Shown in pieces: positions 1 to 11,549 of a stretch of 64,000 nt of DNA. The position numbers and the translations under genes were made by a program. The stretch lies in contig CM060731.1 in NCBI GenBank assembly GCA_030704615.1, forward strand, positions 87,234,001 to 87,298,000. Direction: 5' to 3'. The notes under the pieces were generated by a model that ran no database searches, was not told the origin of the DNA, and saw only the letters and a list, made by a program, of their open reading frames with translations. How positions within the stretch are numbered: position 1 is the first letter of the stretch; the number at the start of each line of letters is the position of its first letter. The stretch comes from Takakia lepidozioides. Its lineage: Eukaryota > Plantae > Bryophyta.

Positions 1-2
1 AA

Positions 3-258
3 GGTCAGAGGGTTAGAAAGGAGCCAGGTCGCTGCTACATTGAGGTTGGCAACAGGGTGCACACCTTCGTTGTAGATGACAAGTTGCATCCCAGAATTAA
101 GGAAATCCATGCTGAGCTAAGAATTAGATTGTCTGGGCAGATGTCGAAGGAGGCGGGGTATATGTCTGACACGCGCTTTGTATTGCATGATGTGGGGGGA
201 GGAGGAAAGGGAATTTTCTCTTTGCCACCACAGTGAGAAGCTGGCCATTGGTTTTGTG
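3..258 (+). pseudogene. PPR-DYW RNA-editing factor fragment (end of E domain, PG box, start of DYW domain), frameshifted and truncated
   Basis: Frame from nt 3 reads VRKEPGRCYIEVGNRVHTFVVDDKLHPRIKEIHAEL...EAGYMSDTRFVLHDV. After a frameshift in the G-run near 194-200 it reads EEEREFSLCHHSEKLAIGF (HxE deaminase motif). It breaks off before CxxC. Confidence 0.9.
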
Positions 259-1337
259 TCTCGAGACAAAGGTAGTGGATCTGCCAACATCCAATCCAAC
301 CCCATTAAACAGGTGAAGTCCTGGTGGAACGGGACTAGGAGATTTTCAAGTACCTGAATATTAGGCAAGAGGAACTGACCCTGCTAAGATGAAGTTGACT
401 TGGAAGCTGACGTGTCCAAGGCCATTTTGGAAGCCTGCAGTATGTCCGAACGAAAGTTAGGATAAAACCCTGAACTCGTTTCCAGTTTGTGACATGGATG
501 AGTGAAGGGTAGCCTTGGCACTACTGTAATTTTAACTCAGGGTGGGGAGTCTACTTTTGAACAATAAGCGGATGCAGAGAGGAAATGGAGATTGTCAATG
601 GCCGGTGTGCAGGACAATACCCATTTTCTGTTACAATGTCCTCTCTCTTATTTTTACCCATTTTGTCCCATAAGCTCTTTGAGCTTTCTGTGGACGTTAC
701 AAGTTCCATTTCATTTCATTCTCTTTCTTTTCCTGCAACGGAGGACTGCCTTATGCCCAGCTTGCACCAGGCACAACCAGGAAATTGAAACTGAAGTGCC
801 CTCTGTATTATGAGATCTATGGGAGATTCCACTGTCTATTCCGTGGAACTCAATCTCTCACAACGGAGGGCTTGTGCGAGCTCCTGCCTGGTCTACCCGG
901 GCTTCCTATCACATTCCTCTATTGAACAGATCCATATAATTTTTTTTTAAAAAAAAAAAATTAAAAAAACAAAAAAAACAAAGATGCAGCTTGCCACCTT
1001 CCACTCTATTTCTCATGTTGTTACCCACCTATAAACTCAAGGGCATGGGATTGATGGATAGTTTATCTGCAACTGGCTTTGAGGAATTTAATTTACGAGT
1101 TCCTCCAATTGTCTAGTGTGGAAGTAGTTTTTTGATTGTCATAGCTCATTTCCGGCTGTCTGGACTGAATCTAGATCTGCCGAACATAACTTAATCTTGA
1201 ATTGCCTCTTTTGGATGCTTTTGTTTTGGCTGTCTATTGTGTGAGACTTCAGTATCTTAAAACTTGACTATAGTCCATCTATTTGGACGAAGTTCTCTGA
1301 AGTTGTCGCTAGTAGTGCGGAGCAACGCGAAGCCCTA

Positions 1338-1570
1338 GTTCTAGCGACGACCGAATTTCGGAAGCTAGTTTAGCGTAGAGCAGGAATAGGGTGCCATCGT
1401 CGCCACATCATCGTTGCCATGTCATCGTCACCACGTCATCATCGCCACGTTTCGTAGACACGTCGTCGCCGTCGTCAATTTCTTTGGAACCTGCCCGAAA
1501 TGCCCAAAAGTTACCGGAAGAAGAATCTTGCAGTGCGGGGTGCTTGAGCACGGAGGGAGACATTTGCAGA
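1338..1570. repeat. Dispersed repeat (probable transposon subterminal sequence) also present at about 31882-31990 (direct) and about 32195-32285 (inverted)
   Basis: Shared TTCTAGCGAC...AGCTAGTTTAGCGTAGAGCAGGAATAGGGTGCC followed by CATCGTCGCCAC-like microrepeats. 1490-1565 resembles the reverse complement of 32195-32285 (TGCCCG..TGCCC.AAA.T.ACCG...TTGCAG.GCGGGG...GAGC.CGGAGGGA). Confidence 0.7.
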
Positions 1571-1739
1571 TTATGAGTACACCGCATGAGAGCTGGAGTT
1601 TGCACGAAGGTGGGACAACCGCAATCGCAAGGTGTGGCTTTTCTTAATGTAAGATGTGAAGAAGTTTGTCCATCCTGCAAATGTGGGCTCTTGGCTCCTG
1701 TTAGTACCACGATTTGGTATTCTTCCTTATGTTTACAAG

Positions 1740-2488
1740 GTTCTTGGGAGAGTCAGCTTGGTCTTAGCAGACCGTGTTTCAAGCTCAGATCAAATCGCCG
1801 GGAGCAGAGATTGCTAAAGAGAGAGAGGGCACTGGAAAAGGCAGAGAGGGCTGCAGCTGCAAGAGCATCTGCAGCAGTCCCTCCTAGGACCAAAAGAGCT
1901 CAGCCAGCTTATGATCCTTCTGATCCAGTTCGCTCATACTTGCAAGATATTGGCAAGACCAAATTGTTGACGGCTGCTGAGGAGATAGAGCTCTCAACAG
2001 GGATTCAGGTGAATTCAGCCTCTCTATTGTTGAGGAATTCAATCAGGCTGAAGGCTTATGCTTGGTTGTTTTGGTCGATCTTTTGACTGTTTTCGATATT
2101 GGTTTCTTACCAAACTAAAACTCCGAGCAGGAAGTGAGAGACATATTTGTGGACTTTGCTTGATAGACATTCTTTTGGGAAGGCAGAAGAGGAGAGATAC
2201 AATCTCCTGCCTCAGACGGTGTTCTTAGAAGTAACAAACTGTGGTGCCAATGATGGATGTGGTTTGACCATGATCTTTTAAAAATGGAAAAAGTGAGGGA
2301 CAGCTTGATGGAACAAATTGGGCAGAAGCCAACATTAGCTGAATGGGCTCGGGCAACAAGCATGGAGCAACACGGCTCAGGGAAGGTCAGTTTTGCAAAG
2401 ACAAAATGGTCAACTCCAATTTGCGTTTTATTGTCTCAATAGCTAAAATTACCATGGGCATGGCATGACTTTCCAAGATCTCATTCAG
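1740..2488 (+). pseudogene. Nuclear-encoded plastid sigma70-type factor fragment (regions 1.2 to 2.2), frameshifted
   Basis: DPVRSYLQDIGKTKLLTAAEEIELSTGIQ (region 1.2) ends at a GT donor (2009). It is followed by DLLKMEKVRDSLMEQIGQKPTLAEWARA (2272-2355) and KMVNSNLRFIVSIAK / NYHGHGMTFQDLIQ (regions 2.1-2.2, frameshift near 2448), ending at a GT at 2489. Regions 2.3-4 are absent. Confidence 0.85.
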
Positions 2489-2619
2489 GTCAGATTGTGG
2501 GCACCTCTTGACAAATTAAATTGTCTCCCTATCTGTAATGCATAGGCCCGTCTCCATTCCACGAATATTTCCCATTTCCCCTTGTCATTTGCTCAGCCAT
2601 TCATGTACACATTTGGCAA

Positions 2620-3830
2620 CCAACAAGGTCTCATCAAAGCTGGAATTGTACCAGTTGTCATTCTGAACACTGCACTGGTGACATGTATACCAAATGTGGG
2701 TGCATTAAGGATGCAAAGGGAGTTTTCAACACTATGGCTGAACGAGATGTGGTGTCATGGAACGCGATGCTTGCAGGGTATGCACAACAGGGACGTGGTA
2801 TGGAGGCTTTAGAGACCTATGATCAAATGATGGGGGAAGGGGTGAAGCCCTACCACATCATGTTTGTGTGCATTTGCAATGCGTGTTCAAGCCTGGCAGC
2901 TCTGAAAAATGATATCCCCGCACTCTGAACAAACAGCTTGTTATTCCCCCACGACTCAACACAGTCACGCTCAATGAGCTTGTGGCACTGTGGGAAAAGA
3001 AGACAGGCCACGAATTGGAGAAGACTTATCTTCCAAAGGATAAGCCTTGAAGCTGGAAAGCAGGTGCACACTCACATTATCCAAAGTGGATTCACGCCAA
3101 ATGTTTTTCTACTCAACACCCTTGTCAACATGTATGTTAAGTGCGGGAGCATCATGGACGTAGTATGGAGGCTTTGGAGACCTACATGATCAAGTGATGG
3201 GGGAAGGGGTGAAGCCCGACCACATCACGTTTCTGTGTATTTGCAATGCGTGTGCAAGCCTGGCAGCTCTGGAAAAGGGCAAAGAGGTCCATGGCGACAT
3301 GGTCAGAGCTGCAGTTGTACCAAATGTCATTCTGAACAATACCCTCGTAGACATGTATGAAGGGAGTGTTCGACAGTATGGCTGAATGAGATGTGGTGTC
3401 CTTGAGTGCGATGATTGCAGGATATGCATAGCAAGGGTGCGGGATGGAGGCTTTGGAGACCTATGAGCAAATGATATGCGAAGGGGGTGAAGCCCAACCA
3501 CATGACGTTTGTTTGCATTTGCAATGCGTGTGCAAGCCTGACAGCCCTTGAAAAGTGCAAAGAGGTCCATGGTGATATTATCAAATTTGGAATTGTACCC
3601 GATGTCATTCTGAGAGGAAAAGAATTTTCTCTTTGCCACCACAGTGAGAAGCTGGCCGTTGGTTTTGGGCTGATCAGCACGACTTATCAAGAATCTTCGA
3701 GTATGTGGAGACTGCCACGCCTCCACCAAATTCATCTCAAAGATTGTTGGCCGAGCAATTGTTGTATGGGACGCTAACTACTTTCCACCACTTTTAAGAT
3801 AAGATTTGTTCTTGTGGTGATTACTGGTGA
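2620..3830 (+). pseudogene. PLS-class PPR-DYW gene remnant with internal deletions, stops and frameshifts
   Basis: Repeated PLS motifs (MYTKCGCIKDAKGVFNTMAERDVVSWNAMLAGYAQQGRG; VKPDHITFLCICNACASLAALEKGKEVH). The reading then jumps directly to [19 protein letters not shown] and [11 protein letters not shown]...KICSCGDYW, with TGA at 3828-3830. E1/E2 and the PG box are missing. Confidence 0.9.
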
Positions 3831-3865
3831 AAGGATGTTTTCTTGGAAAGATGCTAGTGTCTTGC

Positions 3866-6800
3866 TGTAGATGCATATATTGGTACAATTTTCTTTTCAG
3901 ATCGTTTTTGATCATAAGACAAGCGGTTTCGGCATTGTAATGCCAAAACATGTTAGTTTGTTAGTTATCTGGAAATCGTTGGTAAAGCACGTAGGAAATT
4001 AGAGAGTGTCTGAGACGACCATGGAGAAAAACTCTGGCGTCAAGATTACCATAGGAAGCTGCATCGACAGCATATTAGGCTGCCAATTCGGTACCAGAAA
4101 CGGCGAGTTAATCCTGTTCTAACCTTACAGGACGACTGTTCCAGTCCCAGATTGCAATCTCTCTTTTCTCCCGCCTTTCAAGTCCAATAGGAACACACGG
4201 CGAGGAGCTTGGCAATTGGTGGAAGCGACATGTATAGCGATGAAATATCGCGACAAAGCAATTGGCCGCATCGGAACGACAGCAGGTCAAGACGACTTCA
4301 AACGGTGAAGCTTGGACTTGTTAGCGGTGCGGGACAACTGGAGGGGACTCTGGACAACCTATGACTCAGTGGCAGGGTCAAAGACCCCAGAGCCATCACT
4401 AGGGATTTGATTTCCAATTATACCACAAAATATGTGTGTAGCGAAAATACGACGAATGGCGAGAAGCGCAATGTTTTACCACTGATGGAGCTGAGAATTA
4501 CAGGCTGATACAAGGTATATAATTGTAGTTTGTCACCAAGTTTGGTGATTTATGGAGCTGATTAGCAGCGGGGCCAAATTATTGAGTCAATGGCACTCAC
4601 AAGGCCTATTATTTGCATTTCTACTTCTTGGATGGATGAAGAATCCTGGAATTCGCCTTGAGGAGCTGGATGGATGAAATGAAAACTTGCGCCAACTGGT
4701 CATCCAACTGGATGGATGAAAAGACAGCTTTCATTTGCCTCTAAGACTTTTCATCCATGTAGAATAGTATATTATAGATCTTCCTAGGAAAAAATAGTTT
4801 AATAAATATTTTCATTAAACTTATAGGCACAACAACAGTATAAAAGAGGAGGCAAGGCTCTCTTATTCTTCATCTAGCTCATTTGCTTAGTTTCCTCTTG
4901 CTTGTTGTTGTAGTGCTTGCTAGTTTTTTGGCTTGAGAAGGGGCTAGATCCTATGGAGTGGAGCTTGAAGCTCCCTAGTTAGGTAGGATTCTTGTAAGCT
5001 AAGGCAAGTGGCCTAGCTTTTGGGCCTTTGAGCCATTTCAATTGTGGGCCTTGAGCCATTTTCATTTGTGAAGGAAGAGGGCAAGTTCATGTGGAGGAAA
5101 GTGACTTGAGGACGAGTAGGAGGGGCTGGTATGGACTTATGGACGAGAGCCCAAGTGAAGGCCGCATAGAGTACCATTACTTGAGTCGATAGAGCATCCC
5201 AAGCACTCTCGCATAGAAATGTTGATCTCATCTTACCTTTTCACCATTTGTGTATGTGATTCATTTATTTTCCAAGCAAAGCTTGAAGTTGAAAATTTGA
5301 TTTAGCCTCTTCAAAAGAGGAGAGTGTATTATGGAGTCCCATTATTTCATGTCTAGAAGTGACAAGGGGAAAACCCCCATAGTCTATTGGTAAGGGCACC
5401 AATAGAGGCTTGTATTTGAATTGTTGGAAGAAGGAATCTTTGTATTTGATTACTAATTTGAAAAAAATAGCCAGCTCTTGGCAAAGCAGGCCAGTAGGCT
5501 GGATCTATGATATAAGACCATTATAGGGCCTCTATGTGCTAATCCCCCCCCCCCCCACTAGCAAGCCATGGAGGCCTAGGGGAGGGTGCGGTTTGTATTT
5601 TTTTTTTGTCTTAGGGTTTGGGCGGGCTGATTTCGCTTGACAGCAGCTGCCCCAAAGTCGCGAGCAGCCCGGGAAGAGCCTGGGTGCTGCGCCTAGAGAG
5701 TAGGGACTCGATTACTTAAGCGTGGAGGCAGCCGTGGCCCAGCCACGAGGTACGGGCGCGTGACCCAGGGCTGACCTTAAGTCATACTGAGATCAAGTAC
5801 ATCAGCCGCGTGGCTCAGGCGTGAGGCCCTGAAGCGTGCGAGCAAGGCGCGGGTCTTTACCCGCTGGATAACCAAAAGTGGAGACGGACCGGCTGACGCT
5901 GGCGTTAACCGCAGCGGTCCGCGGTTTGTACCGCTATGCACGGATCTGCGCCCCGCCACGTGGCGGGGGCGTTTTACCCAGCGGGCAATGTGTCTGCAAA
6001 TTTCCTTAAAGGGGGGTATTCTTACCTTTAGCTATTAGATTCAATTTATACCCCTCTAAGGGTTAGGAGCCATTATCTAAGGCGCCAGTGGTAGATAAAA
6101 TCTAGGATTTTGGGAGGACGTAGCCTTGGAGGGGAGCGTTCTTTGGACTCCAGGAGAGAGCCAAGCGGGTCTGAGGGCAGTGAGCTAGAGGCGGAGACCT
6201 CGAGAGACAAGGGAGGAGAGAAAGGACTCTGTCCTAAAAACTCGGCTACAGTGAGCCTTTGTGTCAGAGCCCAAGGTAGAGGATTACTTTTTCCACGGAG
6301 GGAAAGCGCACCAGCGCCTTAAAATAATGTAAGGGGGTGAAATCTGGCTTGGACCCACCAGTGGTTCTTTTATTATTTAGCATGCATGTTCTGGACTAAC
6401 GAATGTAGTTGCAGGGATGAGTTCTCAGCGAGATTCATTCATCCGATAGGGCCGCGGCAGTTCCCCACGGCAGGGAACGGTTCCCGAGTGTTCCTCGGTT
6501 CTCATTGGGTTCCCATAGGGTTCCCAAGGGCATCTTTAGGCACCAAGGGTATCTTTGGATTCCCCACATGATTTCCAATAGGGGAGGTATTTTTCCTGAT
6601 TTTCTTAATTTCTTTTATTTTCCAGTATTTCTGATTTGCGAAATTGCTTAATTAGGATATATGAACGTGGTGCTCGTTATAGCCTGCAGGGCGTTGATTA
6701 AACTAATTGAATTTGTTGAATTGAGGGGCTCAGAACCACCTTATTGAATTGAGTGAATCTATTGGATGATGATAGACATTTTGGCCATTCCGTTGCTAAA

Positions 6801-7274
6801 ACAAAGTATTTAGGCACCGGGGTAGGAAGTGTTGGCCCTTCCATTGAGAGGTGACTTGAACTCGAGCCCTCGGCGAAGAGGGGCAGTGGGAGAGGACGAT
6901 TTTCCCTCTCCTCCCTAGGCTCGGTAGGTGCTTGTGAAGGGATTAAAACATGTCCCGCTATAGGCGGCTCGGGGGCCTAGGTGGTAGGAATTAGATAATA
7001 AAACACAAAGACTTGGAAGGCAATTACTGAGTAGATTAGAGGATACCGTAGGACTTAGAAACGCAAACTCGCCCTGTGAAGAGGAGTACGTGATTTCTCT
7101 TTGCCGGTAGGACTTAGATAGTGATCTTAGCCACCATGTACGACCACGGACCCCCTGCACTAACCGCAGTCGGGTAGGCGGTTCAGTGAGCCCAACCTAC
7201 ACCACAACTTACCTCGCCCCCCCCCTAGACTACTATGTCGTCACCCTGATCGCGCACGCTCAGGGCTCGTCATA
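3866..7274 (+). repeat. Left LTR of copy A (lacks the first ~826 bp of the ~4.2 kb LTR)
   Basis: 3866-4775 repeats directly at 12388-13255, and 3866-7237 repeats inverted at 58418-61449. It ends GTCATA (imperfect complement of the TGTGAC LTR start) 4 nt before the PBS. TATAAAAG lies at 4839-4846. Confidence 0.85.
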
Positions 7275-7278
7275 TGAA

Positions 7279-7296
7279 TGGTGCGTCTGCCGGGAG
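7279..7296 (+). promoter_or_regulatory. Primer-binding site complementary to tRNA-Gly
   Basis: TGGTGCGTCTGCCGGGAG is the 18-nt complement of the 3' end (...CTCCCGGCAGACGCA-CCA) of plant cytosolic tRNA-Gly(UCC) as I recall it. It lies 4 nt after the LTR end and upstream of gag. Confidence 0.8.
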
Positions 7297-7413
7297 GTAA
7301 GTGAATAGTCAGGACTTCTCCAAATTGTTATGAACGGACTAACAATATGTGTTCTCGTCCTGATTTGTTTTTATGCAATACTTTATTGTTTATTCATGAT
7401 CTTACTCCATCAG

Positions 7414-9141
7414 GTGGAGATTGAGGAACCCCATGCATATGAAGATTAGAAGCTCTTGCATGAGGGTGTTTGGATCAGTGTTCATTGAAATTACTAACGC
7501 CATGGCATTCATAAAGCTGCAGCATGGCCACCAATCATATGGAAGCCCATCGTTTTTACTTATCTTTTGAGGCACGCGTGGTGGGACTTTACCGTGTTAT
7601 TTCCGGCACCCGATCCGGTGAAGTGCGAGCCGAAGATGCAATCGTAGTTTGCAGGTTAATGCGCGGCCGCATACTGGACATCGCTGAAGAGTACCGAGGG
7701 TACTGGATTTCGGCCAAAGTAGGGCCATTAGGGGACAAGGCTCTCACTGCCCCCATCTCTTCTTTTTTCAGGTTTAATACACGTTGGCCCGGGTGCTGCC
7801 AACCTCCATTCTTAGGGAATCTCAATGTGCAATCCTCGTTAGAGGCACATCTCGCCTGACAAGTGGCGTATTTAGGGTGCTACCCCTTGTGTCGCACCAT
7901 CGCGGACGAAGGCATCGATTTCCATCGTCCTCTTCCCACTATTCGGAGGTCTGGGGAGGCCACCTCCTTCTTGAGCAAAAAGAGCTTTATTGATCTTCCA
8001 TTTGACTGGATGTGTTGGCTGTTTGGGTGTGGGTTAGAAGATTATCTGGAGGTAGAGGAACGCCTACCTCACCCGAACACCACTATCACCTACAGTTGTC
8101 CACCCAGATTTTACAGCAGTCGCAGTGAGAGTGAGGCAGCACTAATCATCGAGTTGATCACCAATGGACAGTTGGACGTGGCGCCCACCATACACGACAT
8201 CACCTAGATTGAAGGACGCCTTTTAGCGGCTCCCAAAGGAGTCATTGCGGATCCAGCACGACCGCCGCCATTTTACTTTGCACGGGAAATTCCCACAAGT
8301 TTCCTTCTTCTCATTCCATTAAAGTTAGTGCATGCTATTTCCTCGGTTAGCAGCTCTCATTGTACCTCAGTACCAGAGTCACCAGTGGAAATAGACGAGG
8401 AAGAGGCAGCAACAGTCTAGGTAACCTGCCTTCGAAGATCGGTAGAGATCTCGCAGTTGCAAAGTATGCTTTCATTTTTTTCATGTCTGCCAATCGGCCC
8501 AAACAATGTAATGCTTTGAAATTTACCAGTGTCATTCATGTCCCGCAGTGATCAAAATCTTTTCTATGTGAACTTCTAAGGTGGGCATGATTTTTGAAGC
8601 TAGGGTCAAAAGGATTCGCAGCAGATTTTGGTAACATGAGCCAGAGATTCGACTTATCATAGAAGCTTACATCGAGCGATTAGCTCAACGGAAATCCATC
8701 AAGAAGGGGTGGATTAACGAAAGGGTTTGGTGTGAGCGACTCTCGGAAGAAAATGCACCGGACCATTTCTACCGGTGTAAGGACATGCTCAACTGGCCGT
8801 ATTGTTCCTGCCATGGAATTTATCTAGGAGCATTGCACCCTAGATCTTCTTTTGTGGCACATCTACGGTGGCAGGTAAAATTCTTCACTCATTGCCACGT
8901 ATGTCAACTCTTGGCATCCCATTATGTGCGCAGGTTGGATGAGTGTAGGTACTGCAACGTGCCCCGACCACCTGAAGACTGGGTAATTCACGGGAAATTG
9001 CATACTGAGGTGCCTCCATCGCCAAGGTTCCATGGAAGGTATTTAAATCTGACCTCGTTTATTCTAGACATGGTTGTTCAAGGTAATATAAGTCATTTAG
9101 TACAGACTGAGGTAGGAGAATCCTCATTAGCACAACAGTGA
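7414..9141 (+). pseudogene. Extra 5' ORF of the LTR element (unknown function, probably spliced, now with stops)
   Basis: ORFs 7524-7859 and 7863-8207 share one frame across a single TGA and read on past the TAG at 8205 to about 8460. Candidate introns are 7297-7413 (GTAAGT...CATCAG) and about 8464-8548 (GTATG...CCGCAG). More coding-like sequence continues to 9141. Confidence 0.55.
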
Positions 9142-9145
9142 GTGT

Positions 9146-10942
9146 ATGTCTAGCTCAGGATCAAGAGCCACACTCCCAAGCTTGGATAGCATATCCTTTG
9201 ATACTAGGTTGCAAAGGAGACTGGCTCGAGAAGCTGTCAGAGATCAACTGCTAGGAAAACACCCAGCATTGAGTCCACAATCAGACTCAGAAACTAGAAG
9301 CTTGGGTAGGATAGAGTGGGAAGGAGAGAACACTGAGAGCTCTTCAGAGATCGAGTGTTCACGAGTGGTTTCCCCTGTATCTAGTCCCCCTTATACACCA
9401 CCGGCCAGGTCAAGGAGCCTTTCGCCGACGTTAGTGTCAGTTATGGCACATGTTCCAGGACCTCCTGAGGTACCTATTGTGGTCCCAGCAGGCCTGCCCC
9501 CGTTAACGTTACCAAGGCATTTGCCTTGGTTTTCCGGGGAAGCACATGAAAACCCAGAGTATCATGTGAAAAACTTTATTCAGTGTTGCTATTCTAACCA
9601 AGCGTTAAATGATGTCTATTGGTTGAAATGGTTTCCCACGACCATGAGGGGTAGGGCGTCCACTTGGTATTGGCAACAGGCGCCAGGAACATTCGTTACT
9701 TGGCAGCAGATTCGAGACGCATTTTTAGATCATTTTCGAGCGGTCCACCAGTTCACCAGTGTCTTGATGGCATTGGGCAGGATCCGCCAAGGCCCCACAG
9801 AGGAGGTGGCAGACTTTGAAATGCGATTTCGGGAGTTGATGCGACTCCAAAACCCTTTAACTCCCCTAGATGATGGGGGACTGAGGGATTGTTTTCTGAG
9901 TGGATTACGAGAGACCACTCACTTTCATGTTTTGCAGCAAAGACCTGCAACCCTGGTAGATGCCATACAAGCCGGCAAGGAGTTCGACAACATGCATCGC
10001 CAGGTACAACAGGCCAAGATGTCCGACTTTGCACTTCCAGCATACATTACGATCGAGCCCACGCAGGAGCCGACGCCATTAGTGGTGATTCAGCCCACTC
10101 TACACTACACGCCGTCATATGTAGGAGGAGCACGGCCATACGCCCCGACGACGTCCCCTACACCAGTAGTAGCACCAACCGTGCCACAATATGCGAATGC
10201 TGCCCCTACTAACTCATATGCAGATTCCACTGGGCAGTCTGATTCACAGGTGGGCCATTTGGAGGCGCAAGTCACCTCTCTCATTAAAACCATCGAAACA
10301 ATGGGCGATCGCATGAGCTCCATTGGCCAGCAGATCACCAGCTACGTGGGGTATCGAGATGCTGCTCCAATAGGAGAATCCGGCCCCAACCCGGCAAAGG
10401 TATGGTGCTCCAACTGCGATGGTCCTGGGCATGCTGCTCAACATCGTCCTTATCCCACCCGGGAGAGGCAGGTAAGCCGAAACCCGACTTATCAGGATAG
10501 ATCAAAACGACAATTCAATCAAACCAGGAAAGGTTGTCAAAAGTGTGGCAGAACCACACACCCAACAGAAGACTGTTGGAGTGATATAGTATGTTTGCAT
10601 TGTGGCCAAAGATGCCATCCCTTGGACAGATGTTCCCGGAGGCAAGTGGACCAACCGGCCCCTGCCACCATCCAGCAAGTAGAGAGGAATTTGGAAGGGC
10701 AACGAGACCCATTCCCGGATCAGTATGCGACTGAACCACCCAACCCTCTACCGCAACAGCATAGCATGTATTTTGCTACCCCAACGCAGATAGCACAACG
10801 ACCTAGGCTAGATCAGGCAGGTCCATCATACGCAGGGGGCAATGCCGCTCAGGGACAGGGTGCCCGAGCATCTTATTCAAATCCTGCGGCTCAGATAGCC
10901 CAGGGTTCTTCTAACACGTGGTCTCCCCCTCAGGATCAGTAG
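9146..10942 (+). CDS. gag: Ty3/gypsy Gag (retrotransposon gag domain plus three zinc knuckles), 3'-truncated by deletion
   Basis: 598-aa ORF with FSGEAHENPEYHVKNF, FPTTMRGRASTWY...TWQQIRDAFLDHF and IRQGPTEEVADFEMRF. Knuckles: CSNCDGPGHAAQHR (degenerate), CQKCGRTTHPTEDC, CLHCGQRCHPLDRC. Confidence 0.9.
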   Translation: MSSSGSRATLPSLDSISFDTRLQRRLAREAVRDQLLGKHPALSPQSDSETRSLGRIEWEGENTESSSEIECSRVVSPVSSPPYTPPARSRSLSPTLVSVMAHVPGPPEVPIVVPAGLPPLTLPRHLPWFSGEAHENPEYHVKNFIQCCYSNQALNDVYWLKWFPTTMRGRASTWYWQQAPGTFVTWQQIRDAFLDHFRAVHQFTSVLMALGRIRQGPTEEVADFEMRFRELMRLQNPLTPLDDGGLRDCFLSGLRETTHFHVLQQRPATLVDAIQAGKEFDNMHRQVQQAKMSDFALPAYITIEPTQEPTPLVVIQPTLHYTPSYVGGARPYAPTTSPTPVVAPTVPQYANAAPTNSYADSTGQSDSQVGHLEAQVTSLIKTIETMGDRMSSIGQQITSYVGYRDAAPIGESGPNPAKVWCSNCDGPGHAAQHRPYPTRERQVSRNPTYQDRSKRQFNQTRKGCQKCGRTTHPTEDCWSDIVCLHCGQRCHPLDRCSRRQVDQPAPATIQQVERNLEGQRDPFPDQYATEPPNPLPQQHSMYFATPTQIAQRPRLDQAGPSYAGGNAAQGQGARASYSNPAAQIAQGSSNTWSPPQDQ

Positions 10943-11549
10943 GGCTCTTACCCAAGTAGGGTGTTGACACCCTTTCTTGGAGTTCCAAGGGTAGATCTTG
11001 GAATGCGGGGCAACGCAGCTGCATTAAAGAGGCTCCAGAGTGAATTTTCGGGTAGTTATTGGATTCCACAAGGACAAACCTTGGGATGCGGGGCACATAG
11101 CGTGCAGTAATCTAACCCACCTTGTAGAATTAGAATTCGTTTGATATGGCATAAGCTATGAAAGCTATGACCATCCAATTGCCAAGTAGAAGACTTCATA
11201 CATCTTCGTTACTAATCACGTGTTGTGAGTTTCATTTCTTCTTCACCAAGTGGAGAACCACAAGTGCAAGAATGGGAACAATGGGTTGGCTAATATATGC
11301 ACTCTTGTTCAATGCACACTGTCGATCATCATTTGTTTTTTTTTTATCACAGAGTCTATATGTGTCTGCTCAAAGCATATTTTGAGAAAAAATAAATGCT
11401 TGTTGTATCAAGCATTCTGCAGTATAATGATGCTCCCTGCATGGAGCACAACGACTTCCTGCACGGGGATTCTAAACCTTAAATGTTTTGTTGTTTTCAC
11501 CTTACCCCGCTGCAGCATTCCTCATAGAGAGAGAAAAGTCAGAAGTAAT

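Noticed and set aside
1586-2086. Bacterial rpoD or contamination
   Set aside because: The sigma fragment ends at GT donors and has the plant/cyanobacterial-type PTLAEWA segment among plant PPR fragments; it is a nuclear plastid-sigma pseudogene. The ORF's N-terminal part is unrelated sequence.
3866-7201. TGTAG...CTACA taken as the only LTR, with gag-pol simply antisense
   Set aside because: An 18-nt tRNA-Gly PBS (7279) and a PPT plus TGTGAC start (11550, 62293) define a normal gag-sense 4.2-kb LTR. The inner boundaries are kept only as the nested-signal hypothesis.
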